64,000 nt of DNA. It comes from Mobula hypostoma (lineage: Eukaryota). Positions 49,916 to 61,950 of this stretch are shown one piece after another. A program made the translations under genes and the position numbers. The notes under the pieces are model-generated. The model did not search any database and was not told where the DNA came from. It worked only from the letters and a program-made list of their open reading frames with translations. The DNA lies in contig NC_086097.1 of assembly GCF_963921235.1 (NCBI RefSeq), positions 79,238,001-79,302,000 of the forward strand. The letters run 5' to 3'. The first letter of the stretch is position 1; the number at the start of each line of letters is the position of its first letter.

Positions 49916-50739
49916 TATGATAACATTAGCAACGATGTACCAGAAATATTTGTTGCACTTAAATGATAGATTTGAGGAGGTGTGAACTCAAGAGCTGCAA
50001 AGCAAATGCTGGGTAGAGGGGATTAGGCTGGATAATTGTTTCAATTGACAAGATGGAAATGGGTGATTATTTATTCATTAAGCTGCATCCATATTGGCAT
50101 AGGTAGATTTAAGGATGTGAATAGAGAAAATCAAAACTTATTTAGACAGAAGCAGAGAACCCAACAAGTATTTATAGAAATAGGAATTTATTCAATTTAC
50201 TTAAAGCATGACCTTAAACTTAACATTAGAAAAATCAATTCAAATTTTTTCCTGATGTTAATTATTTTTCTCAATTCTTTTAATCTGTCTTAGCCTTTGT
50301 AATCATAACAGCACTTCAACGTCAACCAACAAATAAGGATTTGCAAAAGTTCAATGTGTACTTACTATGTGCTCATCTTGACACTCCCTTGGGATCAAGT
50401 ATGGCTTCTTCTCCAATTGTAAAATGGCTGATGAGGCCAGTCTGGGATCTTTGGGGTCCACCATCAATCTTAAAGGTGGTGGTGAACTATCATTTAACGA
50501 TGCACTTTTGCACCTGAAATTCTCACTGCCTTTTCAAATATTTTACTTGAATTTAGAACAGTTATGGGCCACAGAATCCCCCATGTCACTTGGTCATTTT
50601 GAAGGCTTTGAAAATTCAGTATTTTCTTGTCCTGCCACGTATTATTCTGAAATGGAGTTTATCATTTCGGGACACAGCTGCTAGACTAGCAAACAATGCA
50701 GCCCTTCAACAGAACCAACTAAGTTCATTTAAAGTTACA

Positions 50740-50985
50740 GTGCAAGGGAAATTAATTCAGGTAAAAATTCAGATGCTGGTTCACGCCTAGCCAGTAAATT
50801 TGGGAAGGTTTTACAGATACAGCATTGGTGATACTTTTCCAGTGTTTTGAGTCTCTGTAGTGGGTAGCCTATGACTTGGAACTGGAGGGCATTAAACAAT
50901 AGTATCTGGCAGAACATGAACTTCTGCATCAGTGTGAGGTCTTGATGTTCAAACACTCTACCTTCTCTCAGTCAAAGGCGCAATT
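50740..50985 (-). repeat. Ancient RTE-clade LINE remnant
   Basis: Minus strand RVFEHQDL..KFM and LKTLEKYHQCC resemble the RTE ORF C-terminal region. Confidence 0.55.
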
Positions 50986-51144
50986 TCATTTTTGCTGCGC
51001 CTGGAGATATGTGAAACCATTCATCTGTCGATCTCTCTGACTTGCTGCGCTCTATCGGTTTTTTCTTGATTGATTTTTCAAAACCTCAATCTAATTGGCT
51101 TTGTGGCTAATGAGGTCCTAGATCTCTTGTTCTCAAACCAGTGT

Positions 51145-54100
51145 TAGACATAGACATAGAAAATAGGTGCAGGAGTAGGCCATTCGGCCCTTCGAGCCTG
51201 CACCGCCATTTATTATGATCATGGCTGATCATCCAACTCAGAACCCAGCCTTCCCTCCATACCCCCTGACCCCTGTAGCCACAAGGGCCATATCTAACTT
51301 CCTTTTAAACATAGCTAATGAACTGGCCTCAACAGTTTGCTGTGGCAGAGAATTCCACAGATTCACCACTCTCTGTGTGAAGAAGTTTTTCCTAACCTCG
51401 GTCCTAAAAGGCTTCCCCTCTATCCTCAAACTGTGACCCCTCGTTCTAGACCTCCCCAACATCGGGAACAATCTTCCCGCATCTAGCCTGTCCAATCCCT
51501 TTAGGATCTTATACGTTTCAATCAGATCCCCCCTCAATCTTCTAAATTCCAACGAGTACAAGCCCAGTTCATCCAGTCTTTCTTCATATGAAAGACCTGC
51601 CATCCCAGGAATCAATCTGGTGAACCTTCTTTGTACTCCCTCTATGGCAAAGATGTCTTTCCTCAGATTAGGGGACCAAAACTGCACACAATACTCCAGG
51701 TGTGGTCTCACCAAGGCCTTGTACAACTGCAGTAGTACCTCCCTGCTCCTGTACTCGAATCCTCTCGCTATAAATGCCAGCATACCGTTCGCCTTTTTCA
51801 CCACCTGCTGTACCTGCATGCCCACTTTCAATGACTGGTGTATAATGACACCCAGGTCTCGTTGCACCTCCCCTTTTCCTAATCGGCCACCATTCAGATA
51901 ATAATCTCTTTTCCTATTTTTGCCACCAAAGTGGATAACTTCACATTTATCCACATTAAATTGCATCTGCCATGAGTTTGCCCACTCACCCAACCTATCC
52001 AAGTCACCCTGCATCCTCTTAGCATCCTCCTCACTGCTAACACTGCCACCCAGCTTCGTGTCATCCGCAAACTTGGAGATGCTGCATTTAATTCCCTCAT
52101 CCAAGTCATTAATATATATTGTAAACAACTGGGGTCCCAGCACTGAGCCTTGCGGTACCCCACTAGTCACCGCCTGCCATTCTGAAAAGGTCCCGTTTAT
52201 TCCCACTCTTTGCTTCCTGTCTGCTAACCAATTCTCCACCCACACCAATACCTTACCCCCAATACCGTGTGCTTTAAGTTTGCACACTAATCTCCTGTGT
52301 GGGACCTTGTCAAAAGCCTTTTGAAAATCCAAATATACCACATCCACTGGTTCTCCCCTATCCACTCTACTAGTTACATCCTCAAAAAATTCTATGAGAT
52401 TCGTCAGACATGATTTTCCTTTCACAAATCCATGCTGACTTTGTCCGATCATTTCACCGCTTTCCAAATGTGCTGTTATCACATCCTTGATAACTGACTC
52501 CAGCAGTTTCCCCACCACCGACGTTAGGCTAACCGGCCTATAATTCCCCGGTTTCTCTCTCCCTCCTTTTTTAAAAAGTGGGGTTACATTAGCCACCCTC
52601 CAATCCTCAGGAACTAGTCCAGAATCTAACGAGTTTTGAAAAATTATCACTAATGCATCCACTATTTCTTGGGCCACTTCCTTAAGCACTCTGGGATGCA
52701 GACCATCTGGCCCTGGGGATTTATCTGCCTTCAATCCCTTCAATTTACCTAACACCACTTCCCTACTAACATGTATTTCGCTCAGTTCCTCCATCTCACT
52801 GGACCCTCTGTCCCTTACTATTTCTGGAAGATTATTTATGTCCTCCTTAGTGAAGACAGAACCAAAGTAATTATTCAATTGGTCTGCCATGTCCTTGCTC
52901 CCCATAATCAATTCACCTGTTTCTGTTTGCAGGGGACCTACATTTGTCTTTATCAGTCTTTTCCTTTTTACATATCTATAAAAGCTTTTACAGTCCGTTT
53001 TTATGTTCTCTGCCAGTTTTCTCTCATAATCTTTTTTCCCCTTCCTAATTAAGCCCTTTGTCCTCCTCTGCTGAACTCTGAATTTCTCCCAGTCCTCAGG
53101 TGAGCCACTTTCTCTGGCTAATTTGTATGCTACTTCTTTGGAATTGATACTATCCCTAATTTCTCTTGTCAGCCACGGGTGCACTACCTTCCTTGATTTA
53201 TTCTTTTGCCAAACTGGGATGAACAATTGTTGTAGTTCATCCATGCAACCTTTAAATGCCTGCCATTGCATATCCACCGTCAATCCTTGAAGTGTCATTT
53301 GCCAGTCTATCTTAGCTAATTCACGTCTCATACCTTCAAAGTTACCCCTCTTTAAGTTCAGAACCTTTGTTTCTGAATTAACTACGTCACTCTCCATGTT
53401 AATGAAGAATTCCACCATATTATGGTCACTCTTACCCAAGGGGCCTCTCACGACAAGATCGCTAATTAATCCTTCCTCATTGCTCAAAACCCAGTCCAGA
53501 ATAGCCTGCTCTCTAGTCGGTTCCTCGACATGTTGGTTCAAAAAACCATCCCGCATACATTCCAAGAAATCCTCTTCCTCAGCACCTTTACCAATTTGGT
53601 TCACCCAGTCTACATGTAGATTGAAGTCACCCATTATAACTGCTGTTCCTTTATTGCACACATTTCTAATTTCCTGTTTAATACCATCTCCGACCTCACT
53701 ACTACTGTTAGGTGGCCTGTACACAACTCCCACCAGCGTCTTCTGCCCCTTAGTGTTACGCAGCTCTACCCATATCGATTCCACATCTTCCCGGTTTATG
53801 TCCTTCCTTTCTATTGCGTTAATCTCTTTTTTAACCAGCAACGCCACCCCACCTCCCCTTCCTTCATGTCTATCCCTCCTGAATATTGAATATCCCTGAA
53901 CGTTGAGCTCCCATCCCTGGTCACCCTGGAGCCATGTCTCTGTGATCCCAACTATATCATAATCATTAATAACAATCTGCACTTTCAATTCATCCACCTT
54001 ATTACGAATGCTCCTTGCATTGACACATAAAGCCTTCAGGCGCTCTTTTACAACTCTCTTAGCCCTTTTTAATGCTTGCCCTGGATTTGTCGGCCTGCCA

Positions 54101-54594
54101 CTTTTACTTTTCCCCTTTGTACTTTTTGCTTCTACGCTCACTTTACACCCCTCTGTCTCTCTGCACTGGTTCCCATCCCTCTGTTGTGAACTAACCTCCT
54201 CACACCTAGCCGCTTTAATTTGATTCCCACCCCCCAACCATTCTAGTTTAAAGTCACCTCAGTAGCCCCCGCTAATCTCCCTGCCAGGATATTGGTCCCC
54301 CTAGGATTTAAGTGTAACCCGTCCTTTTTGTACAGGTCACACCTGCGCCAAAAGAGGTCCCAATGATCCAAAAACTTGAATCCCTGCCCCCTGCTCCAAT
54401 CCCTCAGCCACGCATTTATCCTCCACCTCATCGCATTCCTACTCTGTCGCGTGGCACAGGCAGTAATCCCGAGATTACTACCTTTGCGGTCCTTTTTCTC
54501 AACTCCCTATATTCTTCTTTCAGGACCTCATCCCTTTTCCTACCTATGTCATTGGTACCCATATGTACCAGGACCTCTGGCTCTTCACCCTCCC
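51145..54594 (-). mobile_element. Young 5'-truncated CR1 LINE with uninterrupted ORF2
   Basis: ORF 51238..54237; damaged ORF1 3' part at 54243-54594; tail ctatgtctatgtcta. Confidence 0.97.
51238..54237 (-). CDS. CR1 ORF2: APE endonuclease plus reverse transcriptase (999 aa)
   Basis: NARSI, GITETW, GDFN and SDH (APE); QHGF, DFQKAFD, GVPQGS and FADD (RT); no internal stops. Confidence 0.9.
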   Translation of the reverse strand: MGGGNQIKAARCEEVSSQQRDGNQCRETEGCKVSVEAKSTKGKSKSGRPTNPGQALKRAKRVVKERLKALCVNARSIRNKVDELKVQIVINDYDIVGITETWLQGDQGWELNVQGYSIFRRDRHEGRGGGVALLVKKEINAIERKDINREDVESIWVELRNTKGQKTLVGVVYRPPNSSSEVGDGIKQEIRNVCNKGTAVIMGDFNLHVDWVNQIGKGAEEEDFLECMRDGFLNQHVEEPTREQAILDWVLSNEEGLISDLVVRGPLGKSDHNMVEFFINMESDVVNSETKVLNLKRGNFEGMRRELAKIDWQMTLQGLTVDMQWQAFKGCMDELQQLFIPVWQKNKSRKVVHPWLTREIRDSINSKEVAYKLARESGSPEDWEKFRVQQRRTKGLIRKGKKDYERKLAENIKTDCKSFYRYVKRKRLIKTNVGPLQTETGELIMGSKDMADQLNNYFGSVFTKEDINNLPEIVRDRGSSEMEELSEIHVSREVVLGKLKGLKADKSPGPDGLHPRVLKEVAQEIVDALVIIFQNSLDSGLVPEDWRVANVTPLFKKGGREKPGNYRPVSLTSVVGKLLESVIKDVITAHLESGEMIGQSQHGFVKGKSCLTNLIEFFEDVTSRVDRGEPVDVVYLDFQKAFDKVPHRRLVCKLKAHGIGGKVLVWVENWLADRKQRVGINGTFSEWQAVTSGVPQGSVLGPQLFTIYINDLDEGIKCSISKFADDTKLGGSVSSEEDAKRMQGDLDRLGEWANSWQMQFNVDKCEVIHFGGKNRKRDYYLNGGRLGKGEVQRDLGVIIHQSLKVGMQVQQVVKKANGMLAFIARGFEYRSREVLLQLYKALVRPHLEYCVQFWSPNLRKDIFAIEGVQRRFTRLIPGMAGLSYEERLDELGLYSLEFRRLRGDLIETYKILKGLDRLDAGRLFPMLGRSRTRGHSLRIEGKPFRTEVRKNFFTQRVVNLWNSLPQQTVEASSLAMFKRKLDMALVATGVRGYGGKAGF

Positions 54595-54902
54595 TGTTGC
54601 TGCTTTCAAATAGACAAACAGTAGTTTCTTTGCAGGTATTAATTCAGGTGGTTGGGGCTTGTCAAGGTTCCACAAAGTAAATCATGAAGAGCTGCCTTTT
54701 TGAAGTTTTTCAAATCTTCAGTGTTTTGTTTTCTTGCAGCAACACTCCTTTTCCTGCCCGTTTTGGGGTCAGGCTGAAGATAAAGGGAATTTGATCATCA
54801 AATAATTACATTGAGCGTTTTTAGTTCAAAGGCGTCATAAGGGTGTTGCAGTGAGCCTTTTCATAGTCTCTAGTTAAAAAAAAACATTAGTTATGACAAG
54901 AC

Positions 54903-55270
54903 ACACAAAATGCTGCAGGAAGACCTCAGCAGTCCAAGTAGAATCTATGGAAAGAAAAAGTACTGTTGACATTTCAGGCTGAAACCCTTCGGCAGGAATA
55001 ATACTATCTGGCAGAACATTAACTTCTGCATTGGGGCGAGGTCTTGATGTTCAAATACTCCTCCTTCTCTGAGCCAAAGGTGCAATTTCATTTTTGCTGT
55101 GCTAGAAATATGTGAAGCCATTCATCTGTCAATCTCTCTGACTTGACGTCCTGCCAAAGGGTTTCAGCCCAAAACGTTGGCTGTACTTTTTTCTCCAGAT
55201 GCTGAGTTCCTCCAGCATAAAGTGTGTGTTGCTCGGATTTCCAGCATCCGCAGATGTTCTCGTTTGTGAA
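54903..55270. mobile_element. Penelope-derived inverted-arm insert with two hammerhead-like motifs enclosing a copy of nearby DNA
   Basis: 12-bp TSD ttatgacaagac (54891-54902, 55271-55282); arms ~54903-54996 and ~55148-55270; core 54997-55145 duplicates 50895-51044. Confidence 0.82.
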
Positions 55271-55554
55271 TTATGACAAGACTATGTTCCAAGCATTTTG
55301 CTCCAAGATTACTTCCAATGAAGTTAGCCTCAACAACTCTCTCCTAACCAATCATGCCCTACCAGAGGACTGTGCCTTTTCCAACCTTGGCATTGAAGTT
55401 CTGAGGAGAGTCAGTTCATTCCAAAGTTGAGGTGTACATATTGATGACTGTAGCATACAGGTTGCATATTGGAGTGAGCTGGAAAGTGCATAAGATGAAA
55501 GAATTGCTAGAGATGTCAATGTAAATTGGCAGTGAACAGTAAGCACTGGGAATT

Positions 55555-55662
55555 CACACAAAATGCTGGAGGAACTCAGTAGGCCAGGCAGCATCTATAG
55601 AAAAGTGTACACAGTTGATGTTAGGGCCGAGACCCTTCAATGAGACACTTCCCATGTCCGTA
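55555..55662 (-). mobile_element. Single-arm Penelope-derived mini-insert
   Basis: cacacaaaatgctggaggaactcagtaggccaggcagcatc...gggccgagacccttca; 14-bp flanking repeat aagcactgggaatt (55541, 55663). Confidence 0.72.
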
Positions 55663-55769
55663 AAGCACTGGGAATTATCTTGGGAACAAGCTTGGGGTTT
55701 TTACAACAGCTTTGTTAAAACAAAAATGTACTCAAGTTAGTGCAAACTGGCTGTGTATAAAGGAAACAG

Positions 55770-57087
55770 GTATCTCATATCACTGTAAAATGCAGCATGA
55801 GGGTTGTTTGCTTGGCAGCATTTTGTTTTTCAGCATAAATTTGCTTGTATGGAAGAAGGATTGACTGCAGGGAACAACTGAAATGCTGACTCTGTTCTAA
55901 ACCTGGGTCCATGCCCATTACCATTTGTGCCAAGTGTTCCGCAGCCTTAAAAAATTCTGCCAGTTGCTTCACTGTTGCTTGACCAGTGACCTATGCTTTC
56001 TTGTTAGCTGCCCAGTGGACAGGAAGCATATTCTTACTCAAACCCTTCAGAGCATGGGGGTTTAGTGAATGGTAAACTAAGACGGGCTTCATTTTACAGT
56101 CTCCTTCGACATTGGAACACATAGACAGAGTTAACTTATCCTTTGCTGCCTTGAAACCTGACGCAGTCTTTTCATCCTTACATATTTAAGTGCGTTTCGG
56201 CATACACTTCCAAAAAAAGCCTGGTCTCGTCTGCATTAAACACCTGCTTTGGTGTGATGCCTAACTCAGCTATCATAGCCCGCAACTACAAAGGGTAGCG
56301 TTCAGCAGCTTTGTGGTCAGCACTAGCTCGCTCACCACGCACAGCTAAGTTGTGAAGCCTGTGTCGATTAACAAACTTAGAAAACCATCCCCTACTTGAA
56401 CTAAAGCTAACTATGTCACTTGACACTTCCTCACTAGCCTCTGAACAAAGGTGACCATAAATTTCCAAAGCTTTCACACGAAGATGATTGGAACTGGGTG
56501 TTGTTTTTTTCTTTGTTTCATTCTCAATGTACAAACTCAACATTTTCTCCATTTTTGTCATAATCCGGTTATGCACTTGGTAACTATCTTTGAAGACACT
56601 TGTGAGGAATCAATCACTGCACTTTTTATTTTCTCAGCATTTTTCTTTATGTTTCTGATCGTGGAAGTAGCATCCCAGAGCTGTGTTACCTTCACCCGAC
56701 GCGGCCCTGTTTATAATTTCCAGCTTATTTTTCAAGTGTTAAAGCCGTTCACTGCCACTTGGCTGATGGCCCAGGACTTGACATAGGACACTTAGGAGGC
56801 ATAGTTAAATATTTCAAGCACGAAGTCAGTGCACCGTAGGTAATAACAACAAAAGTTTAAGAGCGCAAGATCCAACATCCACACGCTGCCAAAATGCAAG
56901 ACTGGCAGGAGTGAGACTGTGAGGCGTGCGCCCTGACTTGTATTGGCGGGAAAGCGGTGCTTCTCGTCCCAACAGCCTCGCTTAACTATGAGTTTTGGAC
57001 GCACATAAGGAGAAGTTGATAGAAATAGGTTCGACGCATAACTGTGAATCCACGTTGTCTGAAGATGCATATAACGAGGATAGGGTG
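55770..57087 (-). mobile_element. Tigger/pogo DNA transposon, internally deleted transposase (CENP-B HTH plus partial DDE)
   Basis: SRGWFSKFVNRH..GERASAD, QVFNADET and KAAKDKLTL motifs; TIR-like end followed by TA at 57087-57089. Confidence 0.85.
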
Positions 57088-57208
57088 TATCAAACTTTCA
57101 AGTTCTGGATGACTTCATTCTCACCGATCCCCTTTCTGATCTTTCCAAGATTTAAAAAAAAAATGCATATCACTTTAATGAGCTCCAAATCAGGCAGGAG
57201 TGATTTGT

Positions 57209-57214
57209 TTTATT
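57209..57214 (-). terminator. Candidate PALS1 polyadenylation signal (AATAAA on - strand)
   Basis: About 1.25 kb downstream of the stop, at the end of an AT-rich stretch with no obvious repeats (57200-58450) that looks like a 3' UTR. Confidence 0.4.
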
Positions 57215-58451
57215 GAAAATCTACAAATACACTTTTACATTATTCTGTGTGGTCAAGTGTCTGGAAATAATTTCTATAATTAGAGTGTATTTATATTGCC
57301 AGCTGAGGCTGTACCCTGAATATGGATAGACTCATGTTAAAATATGCATAATTTGCACATGGCACATCCAAACATTTGCCCAAAGGATTTCAAAAGAATG
57401 AAGGGTGTACAGATAAATTGGCATGTTCTCAAACCCCGACTGCTGACCCATCAATAAAATTAAATATCCCAATTACTTATACAGCTATTAATGCTTAACC
57501 CCTTTCAAACACGCTGCTGTGCTTTATACAAACAAATAGGTATCAAATGCACCATCTCCAATGTCTCTGCTGGTTTAATACTGGAAAAATCATTTGCATA
57601 AAACAAAAACAAAACATGCATCATTCATAAATTGTTCAGCGAATTTTAGCCAGAAACAGTGTCATTAAATTCCAGTGTTTAAAAGCCATTCTCAAAAATA
57701 AGAGAAATTGCATTACTATCTAGATTTCATGTAAAAGATTCTACCAGACTCAGTCATTTTAATTAAAATATTCACATTTGACGATTGCGCTTTTTAAAAG
57801 GCAGCTGCTTAGGATGTACGCTGTGCCAATTATTAACTTTATGTACAGTAGTTACATTCAATAATTCTACTCCAGTCCATGATCAAACTTGCTGATCATT
57901 AGTGACAATGTATTAGTCTGCACAAATTAGGTTCACACATATACACTCTTTAAAAACAAATCATCAAGTCTTTCAACTGAGCAAAACTGCCCAAAACTAA
58001 AGTGTCTTTCTGTTATGACAAACCAGAATCTATTATAATGTAAAAAAATCTATGCTGTGGAATTCGTGAATTCTATTTTCCATAAAAAATATAGGCATAC
58101 TTTTCCTCACAAAAAGACCCTGAACAGTGTGTGTCAAATTATCATCGATCGAGGCTGTAACCTAAACAAAATAAAAAATACTGCACCTAAAAAGGTTAAA
58201 TCTGTAGTCTGAAGACATGTATATATACAGTGCGATTCAGAGATAGCTAATGACAGAAGAGTATCTATATTTACATTATAAATAGCTTCCATAATAGTAA
58301 TTATACAAGTATTTCTACTGCCAATTTCTGGCATAAACTGGAATGTTCAATAGTCAATCCCTGCCAACCCCCAACCCCACCCTCTACTGCTCGAGTTAAT
58401 CATCATTTTCTGATAAACTTTCATTTTAAAAAAATGTCCTGTTATTTGTTT

Positions 58452-58628
58452 TCACCGAAGCCATGAAGACGGGACCCACTGAGGTTCTGTGTCAAGTTTA
58501 TTTATGAGGCGAATTAACTCTTGATATGCCTTTTCCAAGTCCGTATTAACAATTGCTGCATCAAAATAGTGTCCATAGTTCTGCTCCATTTCCCTGGCCT
58601 TTTCTATGATATCCCGCAAATCTTCAGG
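58452..58628 (-). CDS. PALS1: PALS1/MPP5 last coding exon ([23 protein letters not shown]...[11 protein letters not shown])
   Basis: C-terminus of a MAGUK p55 guanylate-kinase domain ending WVPSSWLR; ttttgtag acceptor; TGA stop. Confidence 0.93.
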   Translation of the reverse strand, partial: PEDLRDIIEKAREMEQNYGHYFDAAIVNTDLEKAYQELIRLINKLDTEPQWVPSSWLR

Positions 58629-59049
58629 CTACAAAATAAAAATAAAAGATGTTTGGTATAGTTCTAGCAGCAGCATTTACATAGCAAAAGATTACCTGCT
58701 CCATATTAAATCACTAAAGGGTTAATTAAAATGTTTATAGACCCAAAGTAAAATTAAATGTATTCACTCCAGTTTCTCAGACAAACTGCGAGGCAAGTAC
58801 CTTAAAGTCCTTTCTGAACCAACACCCTGGCATCATCTGTCATGGACAGATCACATTTTCCTTTCTATCAATTATGGAAATGCATTATTTTAACCTGGAT
58901 TGCAGTATCCCAAATAATGTTCAATTTTACAATTAACTTACTTGCCTCTCTGTTTCTGATTCCCTCCAAAATCAATACATTCTTATATTTGCACACAATA
59001 TGTTGGGGGACCAGAGCTGGAGCTGCATGACCTATACATCATTTGGAAG

Positions 59050-61950
59050 AATGTGAAGTTGATAGGTAAGAGCTACAGAGAGGCAATCACACACCTAAAT
59101 TACAAGAGACAGTTAGCTGGAAAAGGAGTGGAAAAGGAAACAGGCATATAATGCAAAGTACCCCTCAGGGCCGGCTGGTGTAGTGGCATCAGCAATGGTC
59201 TTCAAGGCAAATGGTCCTGAGTTCAAACTCAGTCAGGTCCCAACCTGGGGAGCAGCAGAATCTGTGCGGAAGAAAGGCCTGGCAATCTACTTCCGTATCT
59301 TGCGCATCTACCCTATAGTCCATGAGGTCACAAAGAGTTGGACTTGACGTAACGACTGAACAACAAACCCCTAAATAATAAGTATATCAATTTGGATACT
59401 GTTGGGGGTAGAGGGTGGGGTGGAATGACCTACTAGGGAATGACCAGGTCTCTGAACAGAGTCTGGCTCCCTGGCTCAGACTGGGGTTGGTGTTAGGGGA
59501 GAAAAGGATAGTGGTGGTAATACAGGATTCAATAGTTAAAGGAACAGACAGTAGATTCTGTGGATGTGATAGACTCCCAGATGGTATGTTGTGTCCCAGG
59601 TGCCAGGTTCAGGGATGTACAGATTCAGAATCAGGTTTAATATCACTGGCATATGTTGTTTGGGATTAGGTCCACAGCATTCTTGAGGAAGGTGAGCAGA
59701 TAGAAGTTGTGATACATATTAATACCAATGACAAAGGTAGGAAAAGAGATGAGGTCCTGGAGCAGCGTACATAGGGAGCTAAAAAGCAGGACTCAAGGGT
59801 AGTAATCTCTGGATGGCTGCTTGTGCCAAACACCAGTGAGCATAAGAATAGGATGACAGGTCAGAGGCATGTGTGGCTGAAGAATTGGTGCAGGTAAATT
59901 TGTGGATGATTGGGATCTTTTCCAGGGAAGGTATGATCTGTCCAAAAAGGATGGATTACATCTGAACTCAAAGGGGACAAAAGCGCTTGCGGGCAGATTT
60001 GCAAGAGCTGTTGAAGAGGTTCGCAGAAGGATGGGAACCAGAGTGATAGGTCAGAGGATAGAGCAGGTGGATACAAAGTGTAGAGAGTTTGCGAAGAAGG
60101 TAAAGGTAGATGCAATGTGTAGACAAACTGTGAGGAAGGATAAGCAGTGGATAGGGAATAAATGCAGTCAGTTGGGTGGGTTGAAATATGCCTGATGTGA
60201 GAGTATCAAGAACAAGTGCGATAAATGTAGAGCATGGATCAGTAGGGCCAGCACTGAGTTGTACTGTTCTATACATAAAATTCGATTTTTTCTCGAAACA
60301 AGAGGTAGTGCATTTTGGGGGAAGAAAATAAGTACAGCTAAGATCAGATTCACCAGGATCTTACTGAATGGTGACATTGTTTCAAATGGCTACAAGGGTT
60401 ACTCCTCCAATTTACTGGAAAGTTCCTCAAGACTGGAAGATGTCTAATGTTGTTCAATTGTATAAGGAGGGTAGCAAGGACAAGTCAGGGAGCTATAGGT
60501 TGGTCAGCTTGACAACAATTGTGGAGAAGTTACTGGAATTTTGAGGGACAAGATTGAGGAACTTAGAGCTGTTCACCCTCTCAACCCCAGATCCATTGAC
60601 GTCAAAGGGGGTTAGCCTGTCTCCATTCCTCCTGTAGTCCACAACCAGCTCCTTTGTTTTTGCGGCATTGAGGGAGAGGTCGTTTTCTTGACACTACTGT
60701 ATCAGGGAGATGACTTCTTCCCTGTAGGCTGCCTAATTATTATTTGAGATTAGGATAATCAGTGTAGTATCGTCGATTAGCAGATTGGAGCTGTGGGTGA
60801 CGACACAGTCATAGGTATAGAGAGAGTAAAGGAGGGGGAAAATTGGAGAAAGGCTAAGTTTGATGGTATCAGAAAGGATCTGGCAAGTGTGGATTGGGAC
60901 TGGATGTTTTCTGGCAAAGGTGTACTTGGTAAGAGGGGGGCCTTGAAAAGAGAAATTTTGACAGTACAAAGCTTGTATGTGCCTGTCAGAATAAAAGTTA
61001 AAGATAACAGGCTTAGGGAACCTTGGCTTTTCACGCGATAATGAGGCCCTGGTTAAGAGATTCTATTGATATGTTAAGAGCAAAAGGATTGCAAGGGACA
61101 AAACTGGTCTTCTGGAAGATCAGAATGATAATCCACGTGTGGGGCCGAAAGAGATGGGTGAGATCATAAATGGATGACTTTGCATCTCTGTTTACTCAGG
61201 AGACAGATACAGAGTCCATCAATGTGAAACAAAGCAGCAGCATGGTCACCTAAGTAAGTAAGTAAAGGGCAGCAGGTTCATAAATATATCTCCCGATGCC
61301 GGTTCCTCTTCAAGTCACAAAACATGGATAAAACAATGGTAAATGAGTTTCTCGCAGATATCAACTTTGGAGGTTAGAATTCAAAGTTTTCTGAATAATG
61401 AAAAGCTAGAAGTTTAGGAGATTCAGAAAACTTGGTCTTGGGACTCTGTTCACTGTTCAGTAAAATTCCATGGACAGGCATAGAAAATACTTCAATAGCT
61501 AATGAAATGCTGATTTTTTATATCCAGAGAATCAGAAAGGACAGAAGTAATGCTGCATCTATACCAAACCCCAAATTTGATGACATCTAAATTTCTTGGT
61601 CCTGGAGGGAGGAAGGTACAGGTTTACTAGAATGATGTCTAGACATCAAGGCTTAAATTTAGAAGCGAGATCCTACTAGGATTGCAGATAATGGAACACG
61701 AAAGGACACACGTGTTTAATTCTACTCAAAATTTCACACAGCAAGATGGATTACCATTTCAGCTAGAGTGGGAAAATCTGAGGATATTGTCTTACAATTA
61801 AGTCTAGGGCATTCAGGAACAATTGAGAAACATTCACATACAGAGCATGCAGAAATCTGGATTTTTTTCTGCAAACAGCAGGTAATATTAAATCTAAAAT
61901 TGATGGGCTTATGATAACCAGATACTATCGGATAAGGAAACTAGACAGAT
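59050..61950 (+). repeat. Mosaic of old CR1 fragments (ORF1 and ORF2) with nested SINE and Rex fragments
   Basis: DSIVKG and KKDGLHLN (ORF1); WRKAKFDGIR (ORF2); inverted Rex piece at ~60570-60840. Confidence 0.65.
59168..59366 (+). mobile_element. tRNA-derived SINE with RTE/BovB-like 3' tail
   Basis: ggtgtagtgg A-box-like and gagttcaaact B-box-like motifs; tail ggtcacaaagagttggacttgac..gactgaacaacaa; flanking acccct repeat. Confidence 0.7.

Noticed and set aside
55770..57087. Possible domesticated TIGD/CENP-B-like gene
   Set aside because: Stops, frameshifts, an internal deletion of the DDE domain and a TIR-like end indicate a dead Tigger copy.
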